Positions 1-10,508 of a DNA stretch of 64,000 nucleotides are shown one piece after another. The translations under genes and the position numbers were made by a program. Every line of letters starts with the position of its first letter. Position 1 is the stretch's first letter. The notes under the pieces are model-generated. The model worked only from the letters and a program-made list of their open reading frames with translations. It had not been told where the DNA came from and searched no databases. Origin of the DNA: Anaerolineales bacterium (GTDB taxonomy: Bacteria > Chloroflexota > Anaerolineae > Anaerolineales > UBA4823); contig DAOUET010000048.1 of assembly GCA_034430155.1 (NCBI GenBank), forward strand, positions 8,953 to 72,952, in the 5' to 3' direction.

Positions 1-368
1 AGCTGCTGGCGCGCGTACAAGCGGTGTTAAGACGCGCCCATTGGATCGAGCAACCCACTCGCCAGGGACGCCTGGTGCGCGGCGAAATTGTGGTAGACCT
101 GGAACGTCATCAAGTAAACGTACGTGGAGAATTGATTGAACTTACCCCAACTGAGTTCAATCTGCTCGTGTACCTGATCGAGAACACTGGCAAAGTGTTA
201 CCTCACCATACTATTTTGAGAAATGTGTGGGGACCGGAATATGGCCGTGAAGCCGAGTACTTGCGGGTTTACATTGGGCGCCTGCGCCAAAAAATCGAGC
301 AAGACCCCAGCGAGCCAAAATACATTTTCACCGAGCGAGGCGTGGGTTATTTTTTTGAAACGCCTTGA
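1..368 (+). CDS. OmpR/PhoB-family response regulator, C-terminal winged-helix DNA-binding domain (5' partial, KdpE-like)
   Basis: The frame is open from the window edge. LTPTEFNLLVYL...LRVYIGRLRQKIE...YIFTERGVGYFF is the Trans_reg_C signature. Stop at 366-368. Confidence 0.8.
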   Translation, partial: LLARVQAVLRRAHWIEQPTRQGRLVRGEIVVDLERHQVNVRGELIELTPTEFNLLVYLIENTGKVLPHHTILRNVWGPEYGREAEYLRVYIGRLRQKIEQDPSEPKYIFTERGVGYFFETP

Positions 369-420
369 TACTCTGGTAGGCATGGAGGCGTAGCAAACAA
401 ACCTTAATATCCAAATGTAA

Positions 421-479
421 AGCCCTTTCCAAATTAAATCTCGGGGAGATTTCTGGGGAAAGGGCTGTTCTCGTTTTTA
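421..479 (+). terminator. Candidate intrinsic terminator after the response regulator gene
   Basis: AGCCCTTTCC (421-430) pairs with GGAAAGGGCT (457-466). The loop holds a nested AAATCTC/GAGATTT pairing. Followed by GTTCTCGTTTTT. Confidence 0.5.
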
Positions 480-618
480 TAAGATATTTACAAAGTTTCT
501 CCCCCTTTTTAGCAATTTTTTGTACTGGTTGGCTAAAATTTATCATGAGAGCTAGGCCATTCGTCTGGTCTTGCAGTTTTCTTATCCAATCTTAATAAGG
601 AGAAAAGGAGAAACGCAA

Positions 619-1947
619 ATGAAACAATTCAGACTTCTTATCATAGCAGTTCTACTTATCGCCAGCCTGGTACTGGGCAGCTGTGCCCAACAGCCAGCTG
701 CTACTCAAGCTCCTGAGCAACCAGCAGCCACCGGAGCACCCCAGTCTGAAGAGCCCATGACCACAAATGAGGTCACCCTCACCATTGGCTTCTCATCCTC
801 AAATACCGGCTCAATGGAGGTGTCATCGAAGCGCCAGGTGAACGGTTTGACTCTTTGGATGGACCAGGTCAATGGAGCCGGAGGTGTCCCATTAAGCGAT
901 GGGACGGCTGTCAAATTTGCTGCTGTGACCTACGACGATGAATCCAATAAGGAGCGCGTCCAGGAACTCTACACCCGTCTGATCACCGAAGACAATGCCG
1001 ATTTCATGATCAGTCCCTATTCCTCAGGTTTAACTGCAGCCGCATCTGTGATCGCTGAGCAGTACGGCAAGGTCATGATCACCGCCGGGGCGGCGGAGGA
1101 TGATGCTTATAAAACCGGTAACACCAGCCTGTTCCAACTGTACACACCCGGTAGCCTGTACCTGATCAGCACCGTGGATATGCTTAAGCAGTTGGACCCC
1201 CAAGCCAAGGTCGCGGTTGTGAACGAAAATGATAAATTCTCTACCAGTGTGATGGGTGGCTTAAAACCATACCTGTCATCGGAAGGTTTCGAGATCGTGC
1301 TGGAAGAAGGGTACGCTTCCGACACAACCGATTTCGGGCCGATAATCAATAAAATAGAAGCATCGGGCGCAACGGTCTTGCTGGGTGGCGGTCACTATCC
1401 TGACGGCAGCACCTTCGCTCGGCAACTTTATGAGCGTCAGGTCGGCTTAAAGTTCATCTCGTTGCTGGTAGCCCCGGCTGACTCGAAATTCCCCGAATTG
1501 GGCGACGCGGCGCTGGGCGTGGCCACCTCCAGCCAATGGGAACTCAAGGCCACACACACTGAGCAGGAAGCTAGCGGCCTCGGCATCGAATGGTTCGGTC
1601 CCAGCGGGGATGATTTTGCAGCCGCCTACGAGGCCGCCTATGGTGATAGCCCCACTTACCATGTTGCCGGTGGATATGCAGCCGGTCTGGTACTACAAAA
1701 GGCGATCATAGATGCCGACTCAGTGGATCCCGAAAAGGTGAAAGCAGCCCTGAACGCCATGAACATCTTCACTTTCTACGGGGGTATCCAGTTCGATACC
1801 ACCCCTGAATCGCACGGCCTGCAGATCAGTCACAAAATGGTCGTGGCCCAGTGGCAGAAGAACGCGGCTGGCGAATTTGTACGCGAGGTGATCTGGCCAT
1901 CCGACGTCGCCACTGCAAACCCACTCTACCCAATTCAAACCCCGTAA
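619..1947 (+). CDS. ABC transporter substrate-binding lipoprotein, branched-chain amino acid (LivJ/K, Peripla_BP_6) type
   Basis: ATG at 619 is preceded by AGGAGAAAAGGAGAA. Lipoprotein signal LLIASLVLGSC. It sits upstream of LivHMGF-type genes. The 571 TTG extension is unlikely. Confidence 0.85.
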   Translation: MKQFRLLIIAVLLIASLVLGSCAQQPAATQAPEQPAATGAPQSEEPMTTNEVTLTIGFSSSNTGSMEVSSKRQVNGLTLWMDQVNGAGGVPLSDGTAVKFAAVTYDDESNKERVQELYTRLITEDNADFMISPYSSGLTAAASVIAEQYGKVMITAGAAEDDAYKTGNTSLFQLYTPGSLYLISTVDMLKQLDPQAKVAVVNENDKFSTSVMGGLKPYLSSEGFEIVLEEGYASDTTDFGPIINKIEASGATVLLGGGHYPDGSTFARQLYERQVGLKFISLLVAPADSKFPELGDAALGVATSSQWELKATHTEQEASGLGIEWFGPSGDDFAAAYEAAYGDSPTYHVAGGYAAGLVLQKAIIDADSVDPEKVKAALNAMNIFTFYGGIQFDTTPESHGLQISHKMVVAQWQKNAAGEFVREVIWPSDVATANPLYPIQTP

Positions 1948-2026
1948 CCAATCAACCTCAGAATGTATCCCCTCGGAAGCGTTTACCCAAGGGGATACAT
2001 TCGATCTTCGATTCTGGGAATTGCAT

Positions 2027-2893
2027 ATGCAACAAATCAACCTACTCCTAGCCTCGCTTCCAGACGGTATCCTTCTGGGATTTGTGTATGGACTGGCGGC
2101 TATGGGATTGACTCTCATCTGGGGTGTGATGAACGTCATCAATCTGTCACACGGCCCCATTATCGCGCTGGGGATGTTTGGAACGTACTTCCTGTTCATC
2201 AGAGCGGGCATCAACCCCTATCTTGGCCTGTTCCTGATCGCAGCACTCGGCTTATTGTTGGGCATACTGATCTATGTCGTAGCTGTACATCGCGTGATCA
2301 ACGCCCCGCACTTGTCATCATTGTTGGCAACCTTCTCTGTCAATATGATCATCATTGGTCTTGGAACTGCCATTTTGACCACCTCGCCATACAACGTAGA
2401 TTTCTCGCTAGGGAGTCTCAAAATTGGATCAACGACTTTATTGGGCACGCGTCTGGTGGCAGCGCTGGTAGCGATACTCTACTCAGCTGCACTATACCTT
2501 TTCCTGTACAGGACCCGCCCGGGAAAATACATCCGCGCGGTTGCAAATAATCGTGCCGCCGCGGAATTGATGGGGATCCCTTCTTCACGTATTCTAGCCC
2601 TCAGCTTCGGCCTCGGTACGATGCTGGCCGCCGTTTCCGGCGCGCTGATTGCCACGTTTTTCCCTTTCAACATCCTATCTGGCGGGAGCTATGAACTGAA
2701 AAGTTTCGTCATCAGCGTTCTGGGCGGATTGGGAAATCCAATTGGCGCGCTGTTCGGCGGGTTGATTCTAGGTACCCTGGAGGGGATAATCCCAGCCTTC
2801 CTCGAGACAACCTGGGTGCCAGTAATCGAATTTGCCCTGTTCGTGTTGATCCTTCTGATACGCCCTAGTGGGTTGTTTGGAGCAGAGGAATGA
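2027..2893 (+). CDS. livH: Branched-chain amino acid ABC transporter permease (LivH type)
   Basis: Polytopic membrane protein with typical LivH N-terminus (LLASLPDGILLGFVYGLAAMGLTLIWGV). ATGA overlap with the next gene. Confidence 0.9.
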   Translation: MQQINLLLASLPDGILLGFVYGLAAMGLTLIWGVMNVINLSHGPIIALGMFGTYFLFIRAGINPYLGLFLIAALGLLLGILIYVVAVHRVINAPHLSSLLATFSVNMIIIGLGTAILTTSPYNVDFSLGSLKIGSTTLLGTRLVAALVAILYSAALYLFLYRTRPGKYIRAVANNRAAAELMGIPSSRILALSFGLGTMLAAVSGALIATFFPFNILSGGSYELKSFVISVLGGLGNPIGALFGGLILGTLEGIIPAFLETTWVPVIEFALFVLILLIRPSGLFGAEE

Positions 2894-3918
2894 GCACGCC
2901 AGGAAATGAAACCACAGCTGTGTCAACCCAGCCAGCCCGCAGGAGATCATTGGGAGCTTGGCGCAACCCTGGTATCTGGTTAACACTTGTTACCGTCTTG
3001 CTTGTCAGCGCCTGGCCTGTTCTCACCCAAAAAGCTTCTACACGTGAGGTCATCTTCACCATGTTGCTGTCGGTCGTATTGGCCTCCAGCTTGAATATTA
3101 TCTTGGGATACACCGGCTACGTTAGTTTTGGTCACGTAGTTTTTTTCGGAATAGGCGGCTATCTGGGTCTTTATTTAATGAGCACTTTCGGGAGCTCTCT
3201 CTGGATCGCCATCATTGCAGGTGGGATTGCGGCCGGATTGCTGGCATTTTTATTGGGAAAGGCGATCCTGAGGCTGAGGGGGGCTTACTTCGCGCTCGCA
3301 ACGATCGGCGTAAACGAAGCCATGCGAGCCTTTATCAATAATTTCAAACCCTTCGGTGGGCCGATTGGGTTATCCTTGAACTTTCAAGTTTATCAAGACT
3401 ACGGGGGGGCAGCGAAGGCGCTTTGGCTGTCTTATTATCTGCTCGTCAGCATAACTGTGGGAAGTATATTGCTCAGTTACTTAGTCAAGTCGAGCAAATT
3501 TGGTCTAGGCTTAGTAGCAATAAGAGAGGACGAGGATGCTGCTGAGGTTATGGGGGTTATTACGCCGAATGCAAAAACCTGGGCTTATGTACTCTCCGCC
3601 ATCCTGCCAGGCATGGTTGGCGTGCTGTTCTTTTTCAAGAACGGCAATATCGAACCCACCGATGCTTTCCGCTTGCATTTTTCGATCGAACTGCTGGTGA
3701 TGGTGATGTTGGGGGGTTTCGGTACGGTGCTCGGCCCTATAATCGGAGCGGCAGGCTACCAGCGTCTGCGCGGCTTTTTACTCACCAGTCAACTATTTAA
3801 AGACATCCAGCTCTCGGTCGCGGGCGTACTCCTTCTAGTGATCATCTTATTCATCCCCGCAGGTGCAGTAGGTTGGCTACGCCACCGTTTCCCGGCGTTA
3901 CGGAGGGTATTGCCATGA
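2890..3918 (+). CDS. livM: Branched-chain amino acid ABC transporter permease (LivM type)
   Basis: Polytopic. GYTGYVSFGHVVFFGIGGY motif is typical of LivM. ATGA overlaps occur at both ends (2890-2893, 3915-3918). Confidence 0.9.
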   Translation: MSTPGNETTAVSTQPARRRSLGAWRNPGIWLTLVTVLLVSAWPVLTQKASTREVIFTMLLSVVLASSLNIILGYTGYVSFGHVVFFGIGGYLGLYLMSTFGSSLWIAIIAGGIAAGLLAFLLGKAILRLRGAYFALATIGVNEAMRAFINNFKPFGGPIGLSLNFQVYQDYGGAAKALWLSYYLLVSITVGSILLSYLVKSSKFGLGLVAIREDEDAAEVMGVITPNAKTWAYVLSAILPGMVGVLFFFKNGNIEPTDAFRLHFSIELLVMVMLGGFGTVLGPIIGAAGYQRLRGFLLTSQLFKDIQLSVAGVLLLVIILFIPAGAVGWLRHRFPALRRVLP

Positions 3919-4682
3919 TCTTGCAGGTGGAAGGCATATCAAAACGTTTCGGTGGCTTGCAAGCGCTTTCCAGCGTAACTTTCGACCTGCCCGAAGGACA
4001 GATCTTGGGGTTGATCGGTCCAAACGGAGCTGGTAAAACCACCCTATTTAACGTAATAAACGGGATCTACCCTCCGGATGGAGGGCGGGTGATATTCCGG
4101 GAGAAGGATGTAACTAAATTTAAACCGTATCACATGGCCCGTTTAGGATTAGCCCGCACTCACCAAATTGTGCGTCCGCTAAATGAACTCAGTGTTCGTG
4201 AAAACGTGATGGTTGGGTCTTGTTTCGGGCGAGAAAGCCATGGACTTGGAGCTGCAACCAGGATCGCGGATGAAGTGCTTAAATTTGTGGGTCTAGACAT
4301 CCGGGCGGACCAACTGGCAAACAGCCTCAATGTCGCTCAAAAGAAGCGCTTGGAAATGGCGCGGGCGTTAGCCTCCAGACCCTACCTGTTACTTTTAGAC
4401 GAGGTGCTCGCCGGTCTTAACCCGTCTGAGATCACCGCCATATTAGAGACAATTCGAGCAATCCGAGACCAAGGCATCACAATCATCATGATTGAGCATG
4501 TGATGCACGCCATTATGAATATTTCTGAACGCATCATTGTGCTGGATTACGGGGAACAAATCGCGGAAGGAACCCCAGACCAAATTGCCAATAACCAGAA
4601 AGTTATCGAGGCCTATCTAGGAGACCCGAAATTGGCTGAACGTCTTATGGAGCAAAACAATGGCGATACTCGAGATTCGTGA
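3915..4682 (+). CDS. livG: Branched-chain amino acid ABC transporter ATP-binding protein (LivG type)
   Basis: Walker A GPNGAGKTT, LSVAQKKRLEMARAL signature region, Walker B LLLLDE. Start chosen at the ATG overlapping the livM stop. Confidence 0.9.
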   Translation: MILQVEGISKRFGGLQALSSVTFDLPEGQILGLIGPNGAGKTTLFNVINGIYPPDGGRVIFREKDVTKFKPYHMARLGLARTHQIVRPLNELSVRENVMVGSCFGRESHGLGAATRIADEVLKFVGLDIRADQLANSLNVAQKKRLEMARALASRPYLLLLDEVLAGLNPSEITAILETIRAIRDQGITIIMIEHVMHAIMNISERIIVLDYGEQIAEGTPDQIANNQKVIEAYLGDPKLAERLMEQNNGDTRDS

Positions 4683-5370
4683 TCTAACTTCTGGCTATGG
4701 CGAAGTGCAGATCCTCTGGGGAGCAAACCTTGCCTCACGGGAAGGAAAATTAACCTCTCTAGTGGGAACTAATGGGGCTGGAAAAACTACCATGTTACGG
4801 ACCATCATGGGTCTCACACGTCCCTGGAGTGGCTCGGTTTGGTTTGAGGGTCAGGATGTAAGCAATCTACCCGCATATACAAAAGCAGAAATGGGATTGG
4901 TGCTGGTTCCTGAAGGACGGCAATTATTCACAGATATGAGCGTGGTGGAAAACCTCGAAATGGGTGCCTCACCCCAGCGAGCCCGCTCCCACTTCAAGCG
5001 CAACCTCGACCAGGTTTACAATATGCTCCCCCGGCTAAAAGAGCGCCAAAATCAGAAGTCAGGTACGCTCAGCGGTGGAGAGCAGCAAATGCTGGCGGTG
5101 GCGCGCGGCATCATGGCTGAACCGAAAGTACTGATGATAGATGAACTTTCCTTAGGCCTGGCTCCAGTTCTGGTATTGCAGCTCTTCGAAACCCTCAACC
5201 AACTGAGATCATTAGGGATCACCATACTACTGGTAGAGCAGAATGTGCAGATGGCCTTAGCGGTGAGCGATTATGGCTATGTTCTCTCCCAAGGCAAAAT
5301 TGAGCTAGAAGGGCCAAGCCGGGAGCTGGCAAAAAACGAGCACGTAAGAGCTGCATATTTGGGAATGTGA
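4660..5370 (+). CDS. livF: Branched-chain amino acid ABC transporter ATP-binding protein (LivF type)
   Basis: Walker A GTNGAGKTT, LSGGEQQMLAVARG signature, Walker B LMIDE. 23-nt overlap with livG. Confidence 0.9.
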   Translation: MAILEIRDLTSGYGEVQILWGANLASREGKLTSLVGTNGAGKTTMLRTIMGLTRPWSGSVWFEGQDVSNLPAYTKAEMGLVLVPEGRQLFTDMSVVENLEMGASPQRARSHFKRNLDQVYNMLPRLKERQNQKSGTLSGGEQQMLAVARGIMAEPKVLMIDELSLGLAPVLVLQLFETLNQLRSLGITILLVEQNVQMALAVSDYGYVLSQGKIELEGPSRELAKNEHVRAAYLGM

Positions 5371-5563
5371 CCCGGCGTCTGAATCCAGGTCTCATACCCT
5401 CATCGGAATAATTCCACTATTTGAGCCCCAGAGAAAACGATATTCTGAAAAAAGCTCTCATCCCAGTCGAAGCATAGGGACCTCCAAAAGTGTCTATCAA
5501 AATTGATACTTGAACCCTCAAATGAAATTGTAGTAAAGAACCCATTCCCTTCAGGAGGATGTT

Positions 5564-6205
5564 ATGTTTGTTGGCGAACGCATGTCACGTCCGGTCATTG
5601 CAGTCCCTCCAGATACACCCATTATCGACGTACTCAATTTAATGAGGCGTGAACGCATCCGGCGCACACCCGTGGTCAAAGAGGGTAAGATGATCGGCAT
5701 CATTTCTGATAAAGATCTGCTGAACGCTTCTCCATCCCAGGCCACCTCGTTGAGCATATGGGAGATGAATTATTTACTGAGCAAGATTAAGGTGAAGGAC
5801 ATAATGACCAAAGAGGTTCTGACTGTCCAGGAAGACACACCCATCGAAGAAGCCGCCCGCATCATGGCAGACAATAAGATTGGAGGCCTACCGGTGATGC
5901 GTGACGGGCATGTAGTTGGGATCATCACGGAAACAGATCTGTTTAAAATATTTTTAGAGTTGATGGGGGCACGTGAATTGGGCGTTCGGGTAACTGTACT
6001 CGTGCCTGATAAACCCGGGCAATTAGCCAATTTGACTCAAGTTATCGCCACCCTGGGTGGAAATATCATTGCATTTGGCCAGTTCACGGGTGAAGATCCA
6101 TCTAACCGGCTGGTGACATTCAAAGTTGCCGGATTGGATGAAGCTAAGGTAGAAAAAGAAATCGGACCCATCGTTGAAAAGCTCATCGACGTGCGGTCCT
6201 GCTGA
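5564..6205 (+). CDS. CBS-pair plus ACT domain protein (AcuB-like)
   Basis: Two CBS repeats (VKEGKMIGIISDKDL; VMRDGHVVGIITETDL). The C-terminal VTVLVPDKPGQLANLTQVIATLGGNI is ACT-like. RBS AGGAGGA lies upstream. Confidence 0.8.
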   Translation: MFVGERMSRPVIAVPPDTPIIDVLNLMRRERIRRTPVVKEGKMIGIISDKDLLNASPSQATSLSIWEMNYLLSKIKVKDIMTKEVLTVQEDTPIEEAARIMADNKIGGLPVMRDGHVVGIITETDLFKIFLELMGARELGVRVTVLVPDKPGQLANLTQVIATLGGNIIAFGQFTGEDPSNRLVTFKVAGLDEAKVEKEIGPIVEKLIDVRSC

Positions 6206-6228
6206 TACTATCAGGCTGACAACGGCTA

Positions 6229-6273
6229 GGTGCGAAATGGAAAAGGCCAGCCGTTTCGCACCATTTTATTTTT
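6229..6273. terminator. Hairpin terminator between convergent genes
   Basis: GGTGCGAAA (6229-6237) pairs with TTTCGCACC (6254-6262), followed by ATTTTATTTTT. It lies between the CBS-ACT stop and the DUF4129 gene stop. Confidence 0.6.
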
Positions 6274-7765
6274 GGATATTTAAGAGTTCTTGACCGCGGG
6301 CATGAACTTGAGCCCAAGCAGCTTCCACTTCGTCGACTTCTTTGCGAGTTTCGGGTAATTCGCCATAGCGAACGCGCAAGTAAGCCTGTGTGATGGTTCG
6401 CAAATCACTTTCAAATCCCGGAAACAAGTCCATCAAAGTTGGCAAGAATTCCAAAGGCGTCAGTGCAGCTGGTCGCGATTTTCCCAGATCACCACACAGT
6501 TCCATAAGTTGAACGTAAATACGACGAATCCGGGCGGCGGCCAGTAAACGCTGACTATGCTTAATGCGCAGCAGTCCAGCCAAATCCTCACCCAATTTGC
6601 TCAACTGCTTGCGAACAGCTGCGCGCATCAAACGCCAGATCTCGCCGCCGCTCACCAAAGATTGACGGTCATCCACTCGTTTGCCCTGGGTCCGCATGAA
6701 CCATAAAGACAGGGTTGCCATAACAATCAGAGCGACAGCGATGGTTATGCTCCAAAAGAGGATTGGTTTCAAGTTTGGCAACCACGCAAGATGTCCTCCG
6801 AATTCTAAGGCCTTTGAACCCAGAAACGTTCGTAACCCATCAAGGGTATTCATCAACTGAACGATTGATGCCGGAACCCCAGGAGCTTTCTGGATGAGGG
6901 TAATGAGCAGGTAAAGCAGCGGGCTTATCAGCAGGATAATGGCGATTGCCAGCACTCGAAAGATCAATTCCCCTACCAACACAAGGAAATCAAGTTGCCC
7001 GCTTGAAACCCTTGCAACCAAAGCAGCCAACCCAACTACGCCAAAAGCCGTTGACAACATTCCAAGAAACCACCGGCGATCGAATGGGCTTCTTCCACCT
7101 CCCCGCAAAAATCCCAACACAGAAATGCGAGCAGCGACCATGGCGATTAACGCTGCAAAGAAAAATATGTAAATAAAAGCCCCGGGAGTCTCCCCAGTGA
7201 CGATCGTATTTAAGAACATATATCCCAGGAACATGAAAATCCCGAATTGAAAATTACGAATGATTGCCAGCGGCCCAATCAAGGCCTGCGCCAATGAAAT
7301 CCCCCGCCAGCAGGCAAAAAGAGTGACCAAGCCCACCAAGAACTCATCGGGAATCAAGCTGCTTAAATCACTAAAAGCTCGGATTGGTCGACTCACCAAC
7401 TCAGATAATGAAATCGCTTGATTTGTGTAGAGTAACGCTTTCAATCCAAAAAAAACGCAAATTAACAGCATAACTGCCAAAATCCAGCGGCGTAGATCTA
7501 GCCGGAGGTGTAAGTAATTCATAAACCTTACAACCAGGTGCACAGAAAGAATAATGCTGCCAAATACCAAGAAAACCCAACCAGAGCGAGCCGCATAAGT
7601 GGCGGGAGTCAACGAACGGTACCAGGGCACCAACCAACAAAGCTCCATTACCATTAGAGAGAATAAAGCCAGTTCTCTCCAGGGACGCCAATCAGGTCGT
7701 CTCATGCCGGTCAAACCTATTCGGCTCAAAGGGAATCCTCCAGAAAAATCCTCTTCATCTTTCAT
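6266..7765 (-). CDS. Polytopic membrane protein with C-terminal DUF4129-like domain (MoxR-operon component, paralog A)
   Basis: About 10 TM segments, a GGGRSPFDRRW motif and the C-terminus ARIRRIYVQL...RPAALTPLEFLP...DLRTITQAYLRVRYGEL. No Cys-His-Asp transglutaminase core recognised. Confidence 0.7.
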   Translation of the reverse strand: MKDEEDFSGGFPLSRIGLTGMRRPDWRPWRELALFSLMVMELCWLVPWYRSLTPATYAARSGWVFLVFGSIILSVHLVVRFMNYLHLRLDLRRWILAVMLLICVFFGLKALLYTNQAISLSELVSRPIRAFSDLSSLIPDEFLVGLVTLFACWRGISLAQALIGPLAIIRNFQFGIFMFLGYMFLNTIVTGETPGAFIYIFFFAALIAMVAARISVLGFLRGGGRSPFDRRWFLGMLSTAFGVVGLAALVARVSSGQLDFLVLVGELIFRVLAIAIILLISPLLYLLITLIQKAPGVPASIVQLMNTLDGLRTFLGSKALEFGGHLAWLPNLKPILFWSITIAVALIVMATLSLWFMRTQGKRVDDRQSLVSGGEIWRLMRAAVRKQLSKLGEDLAGLLRIKHSQRLLAAARIRRIYVQLMELCGDLGKSRPAALTPLEFLPTLMDLFPGFESDLRTITQAYLRVRYGELPETRKEVDEVEAAWAQVHARGQELLNIQK

Positions 7766-7783
7766 ATCAATTCTAAAAGGAAC

Positions 7784-9280
7784 TCAGTGTGGAACGCCCG
7801 ACTGGAAGACCGCTTTTTTTCCTTTCAGCGCTCTTTTGCTGGTTACCCCACTCGCCCTGACCCGCAACCAGGCATGCTCTACCTGGTCGATATCAAGTTC
7901 TTTATCGGATAACTCGCCATAACGACAACCCTGGTAAGCCTCCGTTATGGTGCGCAGATCAACTCCCAATCCGGGGTATAAATGTTCCAGAATAGGAAGG
8001 AACTCTAAGGGCGTCTGCGATGGCGGGCGAGAACAGCCCAATTCCTCACTTACTCGCAACAATTGAGTATAAATCCTCCTGATACGGGCTTCGACGAATA
8101 ACCTTTCACCCCGTTTTAGACGATTTGAGACCTTACCGCTGATCTTTCGGGCTTCTCCCAAGAAAGCTTCTCGCAACAAATTTCCTATATTCCCCAGCCC
8201 ACCCAAGGATAGTAAATCTTCTTCCGTCTCATCGCTCCATTCTCTCATAAGCGCCAGCGACCTTCGTAATAGGGACAAAAAGAGAATGACAGCCAACACA
8301 ACTAAACCCCACTTGAGGACAAACTCAAAGGCTGGAACCAGGTCAAGCGGGTTTTTCTCGATCACGGATATGAGCGGGCCTTGGGTAGTTTCAGAAGGTT
8401 CAACCAGCGGAGTTGGCATCACCAGTGGGGGTGGGAGGGTGGGAGCTGCCAGAATCAAAGCTCCCAACAGTTTGGAGAGGAGAGAAGCCAGAAGAATGAA
8501 GGGGCTTAATACTACCAACCCCAAGTAAAAAATGGCATCATACAACCAGCCAGCCAGAAGATTAATTTGATTTGTCAGTAGAGCTGCTACTCCGCTGGCG
8601 ATGCCCAAGGTCAACAAAGTTGCAGCCACCACCCCACCCAGCCAGCGCCGGTCGAAGGGACTACGTTTACCTCCTTTCAAGACCGCGATAACGGCAACCC
8701 GCCCAGCAGATAAGGCCAACAAACCGGCGAATAAGAACAAGAGGTAGAGCCATGTCAATGGCATTTCTTGGGCTAAGCGTGTATAAAAGACACCATAAAT
8801 CAATAACGAGAGAATACCGATACGAAACTCTCGCAAAACCAAATAAGGACCGATTTGAACGCGAGAGATGGTTACGCCTCGCCACCATAGGACCATTACG
8901 ACCAGGCCAATCAAGAATTCCATTGGAATAACGGTGATGACTTCCCCCCAACCCTGAATGGCGCTTTTATTGATGGCCTGACCAATCCCAACCAGGGATT
9001 GGGGGGTCTTCAAGAGCTGCAAGCCAGACCAGTAACTCCCCAGAATTAGAACTATCCCCAGGAATAATTGAAGGTTTCTTTTTAAACGCAGCGATTGGGT
9101 TACTCGCCCAAATAAATAAGCCACCAACAGCATGCCTGCAAGCGTGGCAAAAACCCGGGAAAGGGGCACAGCCAAAGTGTCACGTGTAAAAGTATGATAC
9201 CAAGAAGTCATCCAGGTAAGATTCATCAAGATCACGCCGAAGGCAGCCAATTCTCGCCAAAGATTTAATTTACGGGCCAT
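7784..9280 (-). CDS. Polytopic membrane protein with C-terminal DUF4129-like domain (paralog B)
   Basis: Same layout as 6266-7765 (GGKRSPFDRRW; ARIRRIYTQL...SQTPLEFLP...DLRTITEAYQGCRYGEL). Start taken at ATG 9280, giving an 11-nt overlap (ATGGCCCGTAA) with the DUF58 gene; the ORF itself extends to 9349. Confidence 0.7.
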   Translation of the reverse strand: MARKLNLWRELAAFGVILMNLTWMTSWYHTFTRDTLAVPLSRVFATLAGMLLVAYLFGRVTQSLRLKRNLQLFLGIVLILGSYWSGLQLLKTPQSLVGIGQAINKSAIQGWGEVITVIPMEFLIGLVVMVLWWRGVTISRVQIGPYLVLREFRIGILSLLIYGVFYTRLAQEMPLTWLYLLFLFAGLLALSAGRVAVIAVLKGGKRSPFDRRWLGGVVAATLLTLGIASGVAALLTNQINLLAGWLYDAIFYLGLVVLSPFILLASLLSKLLGALILAAPTLPPPLVMPTPLVEPSETTQGPLISVIEKNPLDLVPAFEFVLKWGLVVLAVILFLSLLRRSLALMREWSDETEEDLLSLGGLGNIGNLLREAFLGEARKISGKVSNRLKRGERLFVEARIRRIYTQLLRVSEELGCSRPPSQTPLEFLPILEHLYPGLGVDLRTITEAYQGCRYGELSDKELDIDQVEHAWLRVRASGVTSKRALKGKKAVFQSGVPH

Positions 9281-10508
9281 TGCTATCTTCCTTGAAAGGG
9301 GCGTGCAAGATGTGAATGCCCTGTATGTCTCTTGGAGGTTGTCCGGCAAAAGATAACAGCGTGAGATGGCGTCCGTGATGTTTCAGAAGAACGAGCGCTT
9401 CATCCAGCTCCGGAGTAGTGACACCGGTAACAATTACCAGAGTGGCACCGTAAGGGAGGCGTGGGACTTCTTTGATCAGGAATCTTTCGAAAGGTGCCGT
9501 TACTACCGGCGTAACACCTGCCAGTGCTTCGAGTAGTTTCGAGAGCTGTTTGGGCGAACGTCCGGGAGGAATGCGGAAAGGTTGGTCCGCATGTGCCAGG
9601 CAACCATTTGAAATTAACCCCACGCGGTAACCATCATGGAAGCCCTTATGCACCAAAGTAGCGGCAACTTTCACCAGGTATTCCAAAAGTTGTGGATTGG
9701 TCCCTTCCCAGTGCCGCGAAAAAGTCGAAACGTTCAAACAAACAATCAACACATTGGCGGATGTCGGTCGGTACACTTTTACCTGCATCTCACCAGTGTG
9801 GGCCGTGGCCGGCCAGTGTACACGGCGAAAGCTGTCTTCGGGATGGTAGTCACGCACACCGATGGGTTGGTTGGGGTCTTCGTACAACCGGCGGCGCGAA
9901 CGACGATCACCGAAAGGGTCTTCGGCCGGTAGATTCAGATCAGCGAACGATACAAGGCTGGGGAACACCGTAAAATATTCAACGAGACCTGCTTCTTTGG
10001 TGTGTTCATACAAGCCAAAGAAATCGCCTGATTCCAAACGAGCTGGTCCCACGGGATAAATCCCCCGCCGCCGGAAAAGCAATGTGTAGGTACGCCGGGC
10101 ACGCTCATACCAACGTAGACTGAAAACGTTGGTCAATAGCCCTTCGGTGGGAATGTGGGTGGGTGCCAATACCTGCTCATCCTGCGGCCCGATGGCTTTT
10201 GGCCAAGGATCCTGCACCCGCAACCAGGAAATCGGCAGTATTTTACGATTTTCAACCTCCAACCCTAACTCGACTTCTTCACCAGGAAAGGACCGTCGGT
10301 AATGTGGCTTCCTTCGATAGGTTACCCCATCTAAAGAATGCCGCTGCCACCATGATGCCAGACCTAACACGACCATCAACATACTGGTAAATGCGGTGAG
10401 AACCGGTAAACGAAACAAGATCCCGAAACCGATCAAGATTATTAATATGGGAAACCAATAGCGAGGTGACACCTTAACCTTCCACCGGTACTGGAACAGC
10501 ATCGACAA
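9270..10508 (-). CDS. DUF58 (vWA-like) protein, MoxR partner
   Basis: N-terminal TM pair, then VRDYHPEDSFRRVHWPATAHTGEMQVKVY, the DUF58 hallmark. Overlaps the MoxR gene stop. Confidence 0.85.
   Translation of the reverse strand: MSMLFQYRWKVKVSPRYWFPILIILIGFGILFRLPVLTAFTSMLMVVLGLASWWQRHSLDGVTYRRKPHYRRSFPGEEVELGLEVENRKILPISWLRVQDPWPKAIGPQDEQVLAPTHIPTEGLLTNVFSLRWYERARRTYTLLFRRRGIYPVGPARLESGDFFGLYEHTKEAGLVEYFTVFPSLVSFADLNLPAEDPFGDRRSRRRLYEDPNQPIGVRDYHPEDSFRRVHWPATAHTGEMQVKVYRPTSANVLIVCLNVSTFSRHWEGTNPQLLEYLVKVAATLVHKGFHDGYRVGLISNGCLAHADQPFRIPPGRSPKQLSKLLEALAGVTPVVTAPFERFLIKEVPRLPYGATLVIVTGVTTPELDEALVLLKHHGRHLTLLSFAGQPPRDIQGIHILHAPFKEDSNGP

Noticed and set aside
571-618. TTG-initiated N-terminal extensions in the ORF track (also 11515-11589, 31057-30959, 40761-40741, 43400-43510 and 48525-48548)
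   Set aside because: In each case an internal ATG with a better RBS or promoter context matches where family homology or the signal peptide begins. Starts remain unverified.
1963-2550. 195-aa plus-strand ORF overlapping livH in another frame
   Set aside because: It is an alternative frame of a clearly recognisable LivH permease, with an Arg/Ser/Cys-rich composition that does not look like a real protein.
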